From contig CBDBGQ010000053.1 in NCBI GenBank assembly GCA_965205345.1, positions 129,842-193,841 on the forward strand: a stretch of 64,000 bases of DNA, written 5' to 3'. Both the position numbers and the translations under genes were made by a program. Positions 31,252-40,115 of the stretch are shown piece by piece. Position 1 is the first letter of the stretch. Each line of letters starts with the position of its first letter. The notes below the pieces were generated by a model, which was not told where the DNA came from, did no database searches, and saw only the letters and a list, made by a program, of their open reading frames with translations. Source of the DNA: Acidobacteriota bacterium (GTDB lineage Bacteria; Acidobacteriota; UBA6911; RPQK01; CBDAPI01).

Positions 31252-32718
31252 CTACGGCAGACAATCCCAGTAGCGGTCGAAATCCCACTCCGTCACCGTT
31301 GAGAGAAACCGTTCCCACTCGTCACGCTTGTAGTGCATGTAGACAGAATACATGTCGCCGGGAAGGGCGGACTTGATCACTTCGTCCTCCGCCAGCTTTC
31401 CCAGCGCTTCGCCCAGTGACAGGGGAAGTTTGCTGACCTGCTTTCCCGCTTCAATCGCCTCGTAAATGTTACGCTGCTCAGGTTCACCCGGATCAAGCTT
31501 GCGCCGTAAACCGTCGTCGAAGGCTTTCAGAAGTCCCGCCGCCAGCAGGTAAGGGTTCACCATGGAGTCCACAGCCCGGTACTCCAGCCGCCCGGGTCCC
31601 GAAACCCGCAGTCCGCAGGTGCGGTTCTGAAAACCCCAGTCCGCAAAGACAGGAGCCCAGAAGCCGGTGTCCCAGAGCCTTCGATAGGAGTTCACCGTCG
31701 AACAACCGATGGCTGTCAAGGCCGGCAGGTGTTCCAAAATGCCTCCGATACAGTGTAAACTACCCTCTGCAGGCATTCTCTCCCCGGGGGCTGGCTCGAA
31801 CGCGTTTTCGCCGCCCCTGCGATGAAGGAACGATCCTTCCATCCCCGGGAGCTCTTGGTTACCCAGGGAACATAGGACATCCTCGCCTCCGCGCCATAAG
31901 GAGAGATTGTGGTGACATCCGTTGGCGGAGACGCCCATGAAAGGCTTGCACATGAAGCAGGCAATGAGATCATGCTCACGGCCTACCTGTGCGCAGATCT
32001 GTCGGTAGGTGGTCAGACGATCGCAGGTGCGCAGGGCGTCGTCGAAGGTGAAGTTCAGTTCCAGTTGACCCGGGGCATCTTCGTGATCACCCTGGATCAT
32101 GTCCAGACCCATGGCCCGGGCATACTCGATTACCTTCATCACGACTGGTCTCAAGGACTCAAACTGGTCGATGTGGTAGCAATACGGTTTGCTGAAACCG
32201 CCCACGGGCTTGCCGTCCGGGCCCTTCTTCAACCACATCATTTCGGGCTCGGCACCGTGGCGCAGGTGGAGACCGTCATGATCGCTGTGGAACTCCCCGT
32301 GGATTCGTCTCAGGTTGCCTCGGCAATCTGAAGTCAGAAAGGCGCCGGGGTCGACCTCTTCCTCCCGATTCCGAAACAGCGTGCAAAAGACGCGGCCAAT
32401 CCGATGGTCCCAGGGAAGCTGGACAAAAGTCTCGGGATCCGGAATCCCGACCAGTTCCCAGGCCTCAGGGCCGTAGCCGATATAATTGTCCAGCCGATCC
32501 ATGAATAGATTGGCCGTTGCTCCATAGACGAGTTGGAACCCTCGCCGGGCAATGGTTTCCCAATGATCCGCCGGAACACCTTTGCCTACGATTCGACCCG
32601 TAACGGACACGAACTGGTAGTAGAGATAGTCGATACCCAGTTGGTCGATCTGCCGGCGAACTTCTTTCACGAGTTCGGCGCGGCCATCCGCTTCTACATA
32701 GGCTTCCAAATCTGACAC
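31252..32718 (-). CDS. Glutamine synthetase family protein (type III / gamma-glutamyl-amine synthetase-like, GmaS/PuuA-like)
   Basis: GS catalytic domain blocks (KPFMGVSANGCHHNLSLW). First gene of the minus-strand operon. Confidence 0.7.
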   Translation of the reverse strand: MSDLEAYVEADGRAELVKEVRRQIDQLGIDYLYYQFVSVTGRIVGKGVPADHWETIARRGFQLVYGATANLFMDRLDNYIGYGPEAWELVGIPDPETFVQLPWDHRIGRVFCTLFRNREEEVDPGAFLTSDCRGNLRRIHGEFHSDHDGLHLRHGAEPEMMWLKKGPDGKPVGGFSKPYCYHIDQFESLRPVVMKVIEYARAMGLDMIQGDHEDAPGQLELNFTFDDALRTCDRLTTYRQICAQVGREHDLIACFMCKPFMGVSANGCHHNLSLWRGGEDVLCSLGNQELPGMEGSFLHRRGGENAFEPAPGERMPAEGSLHCIGGILEHLPALTAIGCSTVNSYRRLWDTGFWAPVFADWGFQNRTCGLRVSGPGRLEYRAVDSMVNPYLLAAGLLKAFDDGLRRKLDPGEPEQRNIYEAIEAGKQVSKLPLSLGEALGKLAEDEVIKSALPGDMYSVYMHYKRDEWERFLSTVTEWDFDRYWDCLP

Positions 32719-32935
32719 GATTCCCTTTTTTTCTTGGTGCAGCGAGAGGGCTGCTCAGTCCCGGGTCAAGATCTCTGGTCCGTTCCACTGTCCACAGGAA
32801 GTCTGGTTTCGGGAACACAAATCGATCAGGCTGATCTGCTTCTGAGTACGCCAACTCAGAACAGCCAGTATCCGAGCTGAGACGAGATTCTATCCCTCGG
32901 AAAAAGGGGGGTCAAGATTGGCAGCGGGAGGTTGT

Positions 32936-33216
32936 TTAGCCGATTGGCCGTCGTTTCCGTAGGGCACGCCAATCTGGCGCTCCGAACGTGACTGGCTGGC
33001 AACACTGACCGGGGAATAGATACGACATACCCGATCCGTTCAGTTCGGCCACGGTTGATAACCGTGCCCTACGCCTGCTTAGCCAGTTGGTCGCTTTTGT
33101 AGGGCACGCCAATCTGGCGTGCCGAACGTGGCAGGCCTGCAGCACTGACCGGGAAATAAGATACACATGCCCGATCCGTTCAGTTCGGAACGGTTGATAA
33201 CCGTTCCCTACATGCG
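32936..33216. repeat. Two tandem copies of a ~140-bp highly structured element (candidate cis-regulatory or non-coding RNA, or REP-like element)
   Basis: Unit 1 spans 32936-33072 and unit 2 spans 33078-33216. They share gtagggcacgccaatctggcg..ccgaacgtg..cactgaccgg..ccgatccgttcagttcgg..cggttgataaccgt.ccctac. Each unit is bounded by a 10-bp inverted repeat (gtagggcacg/cgtgccctac) and has internal hairpins (cgcca-atc-tggcg; cacggtt-gat-aaccgtg). Confidence 0.6.
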
Positions 33217-33438
33217 ATGTGTGGGTCGAGTGAGATTTGAGCAGCCCGCCTTCGGGTTCAAGTCAGTTGATTCAACCTTTCAACTCCGACGCTTCTTGGG
33301 TACCATTCTGGCAATGAGGCCGGCTGGGCGGTTGAGCGGGTTCGACGAGCAGACATCGGCTAAGGTGTTCCGGTTCTCTCCAGCCCATCGGCAAACGTTA
33401 CCGGTTTTATGGAAGGAAGTACTAGGAAATCGATTGAC

Positions 33439-34062
33439 TTATGAGTGAGACCAAGACGTGGGGTTCCGCTCCGTTCTGGGGTCTGGGCTATGACCCACCT
33501 TGAGCTTGGCTGTCTTCTTGGTCGAATGTTTCGTCATGTGGGAGTACTTGGTCCACTCCCCGTTGGCGTGTTCGATCCAGACGTAGTTGTTCTTGCACGG
33601 ATCCCCACTCGAACTGTCTACCTGTTTGCTGAAGCCATCGACAATGAAGCGAATGTACCCGGCGGCGGCCGCTACAATCTTGTATGGCCTACCCCCACCC
33701 GTGCCACCCATGTCGATCCTGCCTACAGGCTTATGATCCTTGTGATCGTTGGTGACTTTGACGGTAGTCCCGTTTTCGTATGGAATTCGATAGACACCCT
33801 TCGACTTCGGTTGCGCAGCGGCGTCGGCCACGAGACAGAGAGTGACCACGCTTGCCATTAGAGCAGCGCTCAATCCCCTGGGGTATGGGTAGAACCAGCC
33901 ACCTGTTCTTGCGATGAAAGTCTGTTTTCCCATCAGCTCTGTCATTGCTTCAGCTCTCTTGAGACCCATGGGTCCCGGTTTGGGTGCTTTTTGCACGCGT
34001 TGCAGCCTTGCCCGTGCTCTCGAATCGACCTGGAGTCTAAGGTGTTTAGGATGTCCAGCCAT
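33439..34062 (-). CDS. Secreted M23-family metallopeptidase-like protein (short)
   Basis: Has VGRIDMGG and VWIEHANGEWTKYSHM blocks resembling the M23 H-x-x-x-D / H-x-H region. A signal peptide follows an internal Met (MGKQTFIARTGGWF...LCLVADAAAQ), so the start is uncertain. Confidence 0.45.
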   Translation of the reverse strand: MAGHPKHLRLQVDSRARARLQRVQKAPKPGPMGLKRAEAMTELMGKQTFIARTGGWFYPYPRGLSAALMASVVTLCLVADAAAQPKSKGVYRIPYENGTTVKVTNDHKDHKPVGRIDMGGTGGGRPYKIVAAAAGYIRFIVDGFSKQVDSSSGDPCKNNYVWIEHANGEWTKYSHMTKHSTKKTAKLKVGHSPDPRTERNPTSWSHS

Positions 34063-34096
34063 CCTTTCCGAATTCTAAATCCACGGTCACCCCGGT

Positions 34097-35296
34097 TCAA
34101 CCTTCACCATCCGGCGAACTGCCTCGTTCACTACCTTTGGTGAGCAGACGGTTGTACTTTTTCATCACTTGCTTCAGCCGCTCGTGTGGAAGCCCGTACA
34201 CCGTGTTTCCGTCTCTGCCCGTCATTGTTTCAGCAGCGACAATCGCATTGATAATGGTTTCTTCTGTCGCCTCAACAGTTGCCGAAAAGATTGGAGTGAT
34301 ACGGCTATTGGGAATCATCTGCAACGATACGACCTCCGACTGATTCGCGGCACACGCATTCGCCGTTGAGAAAGCTATGAAAATGTCACCGGATCCATTG
34401 CCGTCGATACCGCCGTTTCTTGCAACCCCCAGAGCCGCCCGCTTCACAACCCGCTTGAGCTGGTGCGGAAGCAGTGGTGCATCGGTCGCCACAACAATGA
34501 TGATCGAGCCGCTGTCTTCATCTCCCCGCTCCGGTATCAAATCGGTCATTTCTCTTCCTACCGGCACGCCAGTAATGGTCAAATGGCTGCGGCCTCCATA
34601 GTTTGCCTGCACCAGCACTCCAACTGTGTACTCACCCCTTCCCTCATCCAGTATTCTTGATGATGTCCCGATTCCTCCTTTGAAGCGGTGTGCCACCATT
34701 CCGGTTCCTCCGCCAACACTTCCTTCCCCCACAGGACCTGTTTTCGCACCGTCCAATGCTTGAAAAACGTGTTCTGCCTGCACGTGAAAGCCGTTGATGT
34801 CATTTAGAAATCCATCGTATGTTTCCGCTACAACCGGGAGCGACCAGGGTTGAAAGGTTGTTCCACGACTGTGCTGCCACGCAATGACTGCATCGCGCAC
34901 AGTTCCAACGCTGTGTGTGTTGGTGATCATGACGGGTCCTTCCAGAAATCCCGACTCTTCAACCCATGTGGTACCTGTCATTTCGCCATTGCCATTCAAT
35001 GTAAACCAGGCAGCGAAGACGGGGTCGGTGGAGGTTCTTCCTCGGGGTACGATCGCAGTCACGCCCGTCCGCACGGGCCCTTTGCCGACGACAAGCTTGC
35101 CCTTTCCTGAGATCAGTGTGACATGAGCAACCTCGACGCCTTGCACATCAGTAATGGCGTTGAGTGGTCCCGGCGAGCCTTCAAATGGAATTCCCAAGTC
35201 ACGTGCTCGGGGTTTTGCCTGAGGAAAAGAGGCTTGCACGGTCAAGAAAGAAACAAAGACAAGAGCGAAATGCGTCCGAAGGTTCAGCGCTGACAT
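34097..35296 (-). CDS. DmpA/ArgJ-fold P1 (S58) family aminopeptidase
   Basis: Has the GSVGGGTGMV autoprocessing/catalytic region and a signal peptide MSALNLRTHFALVFVSFLTVQASF. The ORF-track start at 35389 is probably too far upstream. Confidence 0.75.
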   Translation of the reverse strand: MSALNLRTHFALVFVSFLTVQASFPQAKPRARDLGIPFEGSPGPLNAITDVQGVEVAHVTLISGKGKLVVGKGPVRTGVTAIVPRGRTSTDPVFAAWFTLNGNGEMTGTTWVEESGFLEGPVMITNTHSVGTVRDAVIAWQHSRGTTFQPWSLPVVAETYDGFLNDINGFHVQAEHVFQALDGAKTGPVGEGSVGGGTGMVAHRFKGGIGTSSRILDEGRGEYTVGVLVQANYGGRSHLTITGVPVGREMTDLIPERGDEDSGSIIIVVATDAPLLPHQLKRVVKRAALGVARNGGIDGNGSGDIFIAFSTANACAANQSEVVSLQMIPNSRITPIFSATVEATEETIINAIVAAETMTGRDGNTVYGLPHERLKQVMKKYNRLLTKGSERGSSPDGEG

Positions 35297-35602
35297 AGAT
35301 CCTCCTCGGTGGATTCTTGGTGAAGCTGTTGTTGCGGTGGCCAAGTATACGGTTTGCTTGCCAAACTCACCGTGTAAGTTCACGTTCACGATGACCAGGG
35401 CTCGCTCCTTCTCTTCTGCTGCGCCGGGTGCCTCGACCGGTTCGCCGGGGTTCCTGAGAGCAGTTTAAGAATTCTCCCGTCGCTAATGCTCCGGGCTCCG
35501 TTCCAGTTTTGACTCGATGAACTGAACAGCCTGCCACTGCATCAAACTGAACAGGGCTGTGTTCGCCCTCTCTCGAACAGAAACCGGAGTGACCGACACA
35601 AG

Positions 35603-36646
35603 ATGCTCGTTTTCAAGAGAATGAAGGTACTGCTGGTGTCTATTGGGCTGGTTCTGGTTAGCGGCGAATCCCGCGGCGCCCAGGAGGACCAGGTCATCCG
35701 GGCCGAGGTTGAGGCTGTCCTGGTCAATGTCCTGGTGACCGACCGGAATGGGCGGCCGATCACGGGCCTCAAACGCGAGAACTTCCGAATCTTCGAGGAC
35801 AAAGTGGAGCAACAGATCGGTACGTTCTTTCCGGTAAACGCACCTTTCAGCGTTGTGCTCCTGCTCGACACCAGCTATAGCACCTACGGCAAGCTGGCTC
35901 CCATCCAGGACTCCGCTATCGAATTCGTGGAACAGATTCACCCCCAAGACGAGGTCATGGTGATCTCATTCGACGACGAGGTGTATCTGGAGACCGACTT
36001 CACGAGCAACAAAGACGCCGCCGCCCGGGCCATCAAGATGACCAGAACCGGACAGAGTACCAAGCTGTACGATTCCGTTTTTCTGGGAATGGATGAGCTC
36101 CGGCCACAACCTTACCGCAAAGTCATGGTCGTGTTTTCCGACGGAATTGACACCACCAGCTCGGATTCCTCGAGGGGGGAGACGATTCAGGTGGCAAAGG
36201 AGTCTGAAACCACCGTCTACTCCATCCAGTTCGACACCCGAAATCAGATGTTGATGCCCCGCCAAGCCCCCATTGGAACACCGGGCACAATCCCGGGGAG
36301 GACGCCCGTTCCCGTGGGAATCCAGACTCCCCTTCCCGGCCCCATCCCCGGTGGCAGGGGCCCTGGTCGCAGCCAGGTCGAAGCCGAGTATGGAAGAGGC
36401 CGAGCCTATCTCAAACAGTTAGCTTCAGTCACGGGTGGAGACCTCTACCAGGCCAGCCAGGATCTTCTCAATCTGAGTGCCATTTTTGCCCAAATCGCGG
36501 AGGAGATGCGCAGCCTCTACCGCATCAGCTACGTTTCCAGCAATTCCAGGCGGGACGGAAAATTCCGCAAGATCGCAGTCCGGGTTGATGTCCCCGACGC
36601 CCGCGTCCGAACTCGCAAAGGGTATGCGGCAGCCAAGAGTCATTGA
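35603..36646 (+). CDS. VWA domain-containing protein (acidobacterial VWFA-related type)
   Basis: Signal peptide followed by the VVLLLDTSYS MIDAS-type block; architecture matches the VWFA-related acidobacterial domain family. Confidence 0.75.
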   Translation: MLVFKRMKVLLVSIGLVLVSGESRGAQEDQVIRAEVEAVLVNVLVTDRNGRPITGLKRENFRIFEDKVEQQIGTFFPVNAPFSVVLLLDTSYSTYGKLAPIQDSAIEFVEQIHPQDEVMVISFDDEVYLETDFTSNKDAAARAIKMTRTGQSTKLYDSVFLGMDELRPQPYRKVMVVFSDGIDTTSSDSSRGETIQVAKESETTVYSIQFDTRNQMLMPRQAPIGTPGTIPGRTPVPVGIQTPLPGPIPGGRGPGRSQVEAEYGRGRAYLKQLASVTGGDLYQASQDLLNLSAIFAQIAEEMRSLYRISYVSSNSRRDGKFRKIAVRVDVPDARVRTRKGYAAAKSH

Positions 36647-36680
36647 CGGAATGCAAGTGTCAGTTCGGACAATGATGCGA

Positions 36681-37064
36681 CTATTTTTTCCTGCTCTTTA
36701 GCAAAGCCCCCAGAGCTTCAAACGGCCGGTGGGTCGAGGCCGGCTCTCTTCTCCGCTCCGGCTCTGCCTGCCCATAGGCGTCAGCAACCTCCTGCCGTGA
36801 GTGCTCGTTTTCATGACAATACATGCAAAGGAGCTCCCAGTTGCTGCCATCGGCGGGATTGTTGTTGTGGTTGTGGTCCTTGTGGTGAACCGTGAGCTGG
36901 CCCAGATTCTTGGCGCTGAACTCGCGCTCACACCGTGCACAGATCCAGGGAAGGATTTTCAGGGCCTTCGCCCGGTAGCCCTGTTCTCTTTCCCGCTTGT
37001 CCCGAATGTCAGCGGAAATTCGGTCTAGTCCGTCGCCATCCGATTGATTCTTCTTCGATGCCAT
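36681..37064 (-). CDS. YajD-family HNH nuclease
   Basis: Has CARCEREF...HHKDHNHNNN...CMYCHENEH, the YajD-type HNH zinc-finger motif. Confidence 0.75.
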   Translation of the reverse strand: MASKKNQSDGDGLDRISADIRDKREREQGYRAKALKILPWICARCEREFSAKNLGQLTVHHKDHNHNNNPADGSNWELLCMYCHENEHSRQEVADAYGQAEPERRREPASTHRPFEALGALLKSRKK

Positions 37065-37299
37065 ATACGCGAGCTCTTGTGCTCGATGGAGCTTGGTCCG
37101 CTGCCCATAGTTGGGTCACGCATCCCGCCGGCGCGCAAGCCGATGATACCTCCGCGACCGTCATTCCTGCGAACTGAAACTCCAGAGTCCAAACTCATCA
37201 TCCTTCTCTCAGCTTTCCTTCCATTGCGTTGAAGGCCGTATCGGTTTAGAATTTAGAGCCAATTAATCACATCACACATTTGAGGAAGTCACGCTGTCG

Positions 37300-40098
37300 A
37301 TGGTCGGGCAAACCATCTCCCATTACCGCATTTCCGAAAAGATCGGGCGGGGTGGAATGGGTGAGGTCTACCGGGCCACGGACACCAGGCTGAACCGGGA
37401 AGTGGCCCTGAAGGTGCTGCCGGAAGCCTTTGCCGGTGACTCCCAGAGAATGGGTCGATTCAGCCGCGAGGCGCGGGTCCTGGCCTCTTTCAGTCACCCC
37501 AACATTGCCGCCATCCACGGGCTGGTGGAATCCGACGGCAGCCGCGAGGCGCGGGTCCTGGCCTCTTTCAGTCACCCCAACATTGCCGCCATCCACGGGC
37601 TGGTGGAATCCGACGGCAAGCGAGCACTGGTGATGGAACTGGTGGAAGGCGAAGGCCTCTCGGAGCGGATCGACCGGAGTCTGATTCCGCTGGAGGAAGC
37701 TCTTCCGATTGCGCTGCAGATTGCCGAAGCGCTGGAAGCCGCTCACGAGAAGGGGATCATCCACCGGGACCTGAAGCCTGCCAACATCAAGATCACCCCC
37801 GAAGGGAGGGTGAAAGTACTCGACTTTGGCCTGGCCAAAGCACTGGAAACGGACGAGGTCGCTGAGTCCGACGCAACTCCAGACCTGACAGTGACCTGGA
37901 CGGAGGCGGGAGTGATTCTGGGAACGCCCCGCTACATGAGCCCCGAGCAGGCGCGGGGTAAGCCGGTGGACGAGCGGGCCGACATCTGGGCGTTTGGCTG
38001 TGTCCTGTTTGAAATGCTGACCGGACGAAAGACGTTTCAGGGAGAGTCGGTGTCGGACGTTCTGGCCTCGGTGCTCAAGACGGAGCCGGACTTGAATGGC
38101 ATACCGGCAAACACCCATCCCAGGATTCGGGAGCTACTACGCCGCTGTCTCCAGAAGGATCTCCATAAACGTTTTCAAGCCATCGGCGACGTGCGCATCG
38201 AGATCGAGGAAGTACTGGCGGATCCTGCCGGAGTATTGCAGGCTCCCATGAGCGCCGTGACTCAGGTGGGTTGGCGGCAGGGCATTCTAGCAAGTCTGGC
38301 GATCTTGGTCCTGGGCGCCAGCATCGCCGGCATCACCGTCTGGCTTCTAAAGCCTCAGCCCCCTGAGGAACCGCGTCGCGTTGCCCGCTTTGACATGACT
38401 CCACCACTTTTGGTGATCAGGCCGTTGAGTGGCCCGGATGTTGCCATCTCACCGGACGGGACACGTATCGCCTATGTCGCTCACGTGGATACCGGGAGGC
38501 AGCTCTACCTGCGTGAAGTTGATCAGTTGGAGACCATTCCTATCCGTGGCACCCAAGGCAGACTCATTGCCAGCCCCTTCTTCTCGCCAGATGGCAGCGA
38601 GATCGGTTTTTATGACAATCCTGTTGGTGGACCGGGCTCTTTGATAAAGGTGCCTGTCCAGGGAGGGGTGCCAGTGAAGCTCAGTGGTGCAGTCCAGCCA
38701 CTTTCAGGTGCAACCTGGCCAGTTTCAGGTGCCACCTGGGGAGCAGATGGGCGCATCATCTTCGGAACACAAGGAGCGGGGCTATTTCAGGTCCCGAAAA
38801 CCGGAGGGGAGGCTCAGGTCTTGACCACCCCGGATCCCGAGAAAGGCGAGACAGAACACAGGTTCCCTAAGATCCTACCCGGTGGCAAGGCTGTCCTTTT
38901 TGCGATCACAACAAGGGGGGGAGGCTATCAAATTGCTGTGCTTGACCTGGAAACGTTTCAACATCACATCCTGGTTCCAGGTAGAAATTCTCATTACTCC
39001 ACAACGGGACATATTGTCTATGGCCGAGAGGGAGCCTTGTGGGCGGTGCCCTTCGATCCGGCCAGGCTTGAAGTCACAGGCGATCCAGTCCCCGTGCTGG
39101 AGGAAGTGATCACCAAACCTAGTGGTGCGGTGAACTTCAGCCTGTCCAACGAGGGATCCCTCATCTATGTTCCTGGTCCCACCCAGGTGGCGGAGCGAGC
39201 ACTGGTGTGGGTGGATCGAAATGGCAAAGAGGATCCCCTGGATACAGATCTACGGCCTTACGCCTTTCCCCGAGTCTCTCCCGATGGCAATCAGGTGGCT
39301 GTAACCGTATATGATCTGGACAACGTTGATGTGTGGATTCATGACTTGGAGCACGACATCGAAATCAGGCTTACCCGCGACGAGTCTATGGACGCCTTCC
39401 CTCTCTGGAGCCCCGATGGTCAGCAGGTCGTGTTTGCTTCCGACCGGGGCGGGGCACTCCCGAATTTGTACATGAAATCGGCTGACGGCACGGGCCAGGT
39501 CGAGGGTCTGCTGACGAGCACAGACTACCTGATTCCCAACGCCTGGTCGCCTGATGGCAAGCTGCTGGTCTTTGCTCAGATGTCACTCGATGAGTGGAAC
39601 GATAACATCGGAGTCCTCTCAATGGACGGGGAACAACCCTCACGACGACTCCTCGATGAGGATTTTAATGAGTTGCACGCGGCCATCTCGCCCGATGGGC
39701 GCTGGGTTGCCTACGTATCCAATGAAACGGGGCAGGACGAGATCTACGTTCGGTCATTTCCAAACGTGGACGAAGGCAGGTGGCTGATCTCACACGACGG
39801 GGGACTCGCGCCCCTCTGGTCACCCGATGGAAAGGAGCTTTTTTATCGGAGCGGCAATAAGATGATGGTTAAGTCCGTCCAAACCGGGTCCACCTTCACT
39901 CACGGGATTCACAGAGTTCTATTCGAGGCAGAGTATATTTCTTGGGGCCCACGAGCCTATGACATTCACCCCGATGGTCAGCGGTTCTTGATGATCAAGG
40001 AAGCCCTGCAGACAGAGGAGGCCTCAGCACCCACGGAATTGATTCTGGTTCTCAACTGGTCTGAAGAACTCAAACGTCTCGTGCCGACGGACCGCTAG
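37300..40098 (+). CDS. Serine/threonine protein kinase fused to a C-terminal TolB-like (PD40/WD40-like) beta-propeller
   Basis: Kinase motifs GRGGMGEVY, HRDLKPANI, DFGLA and SPEQ, then a TM segment, then repeated SPDG..IAF/VS PD40 blades. Contains a perfect 78-bp in-frame tandem duplication (see repeat feature). Confidence 0.85.
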   Translation: MVGQTISHYRISEKIGRGGMGEVYRATDTRLNREVALKVLPEAFAGDSQRMGRFSREARVLASFSHPNIAAIHGLVESDGSREARVLASFSHPNIAAIHGLVESDGKRALVMELVEGEGLSERIDRSLIPLEEALPIALQIAEALEAAHEKGIIHRDLKPANIKITPEGRVKVLDFGLAKALETDEVAESDATPDLTVTWTEAGVILGTPRYMSPEQARGKPVDERADIWAFGCVLFEMLTGRKTFQGESVSDVLASVLKTEPDLNGIPANTHPRIRELLRRCLQKDLHKRFQAIGDVRIEIEEVLADPAGVLQAPMSAVTQVGWRQGILASLAILVLGASIAGITVWLLKPQPPEEPRRVARFDMTPPLLVIRPLSGPDVAISPDGTRIAYVAHVDTGRQLYLREVDQLETIPIRGTQGRLIASPFFSPDGSEIGFYDNPVGGPGSLIKVPVQGGVPVKLSGAVQPLSGATWPVSGATWGADGRIIFGTQGAGLFQVPKTGGEAQVLTTPDPEKGETEHRFPKILPGGKAVLFAITTRGGGYQIAVLDLETFQHHILVPGRNSHYSTTGHIVYGREGALWAVPFDPARLEVTGDPVPVLEEVITKPSGAVNFSLSNEGSLIYVPGPTQVAERALVWVDRNGKEDPLDTDLRPYAFPRVSPDGNQVAVTVYDLDNVDVWIHDLEHDIEIRLTRDESMDAFPLWSPDGQQVVFASDRGGALPNLYMKSADGTGQVEGLLTSTDYLIPNAWSPDGKLLVFAQMSLDEWNDNIGVLSMDGEQPSRRLLDEDFNELHAAISPDGRWVAYVSNETGQDEIYVRSFPNVDEGRWLISHDGGLAPLWSPDGKELFYRSGNKMMVKSVQTGSTFTHGIHRVLFEAEYISWGPRAYDIHPDGQRFLMIKEALQTEEASAPTELILVLNWSEELKRLVPTDR
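37462..37617 (+). repeat. Perfect 78-bp tandem duplication (2 copies) inside the kinase domain coding sequence
   Basis: 37462-37539 is identical to 37540-37617. It duplicates the 26 aa SREARVLASFSHPNIAAIHGLVESDG (alpha-C Glu through beta-4). Confidence 0.9.
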
Positions 40099-40115
40099 AC
40101 GATTGGCAACAGCAA

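Noticed and set aside
32936-33216. Tandem repeats as a CRISPR array
   Set aside because: There are only two long (~140 bp) units. They are directly adjacent with no unique spacers, and each is internally palindromic. This is not CRISPR architecture.
33167-33448. 93-aa plus ORF and 76-aa minus ORF (32936-33166) overlapping the tandem repeats
   Set aside because: They are generated by the repeat sequence itself, with no coding signal.
37267-38118. 283-aa minus-strand ORF antisense to the kinase gene
   Set aside because: It sits antisense inside a well-supported kinase coding region. It has Arg/Gly/Pro-rich low-complexity composition, typical of high-GC antisense frames.
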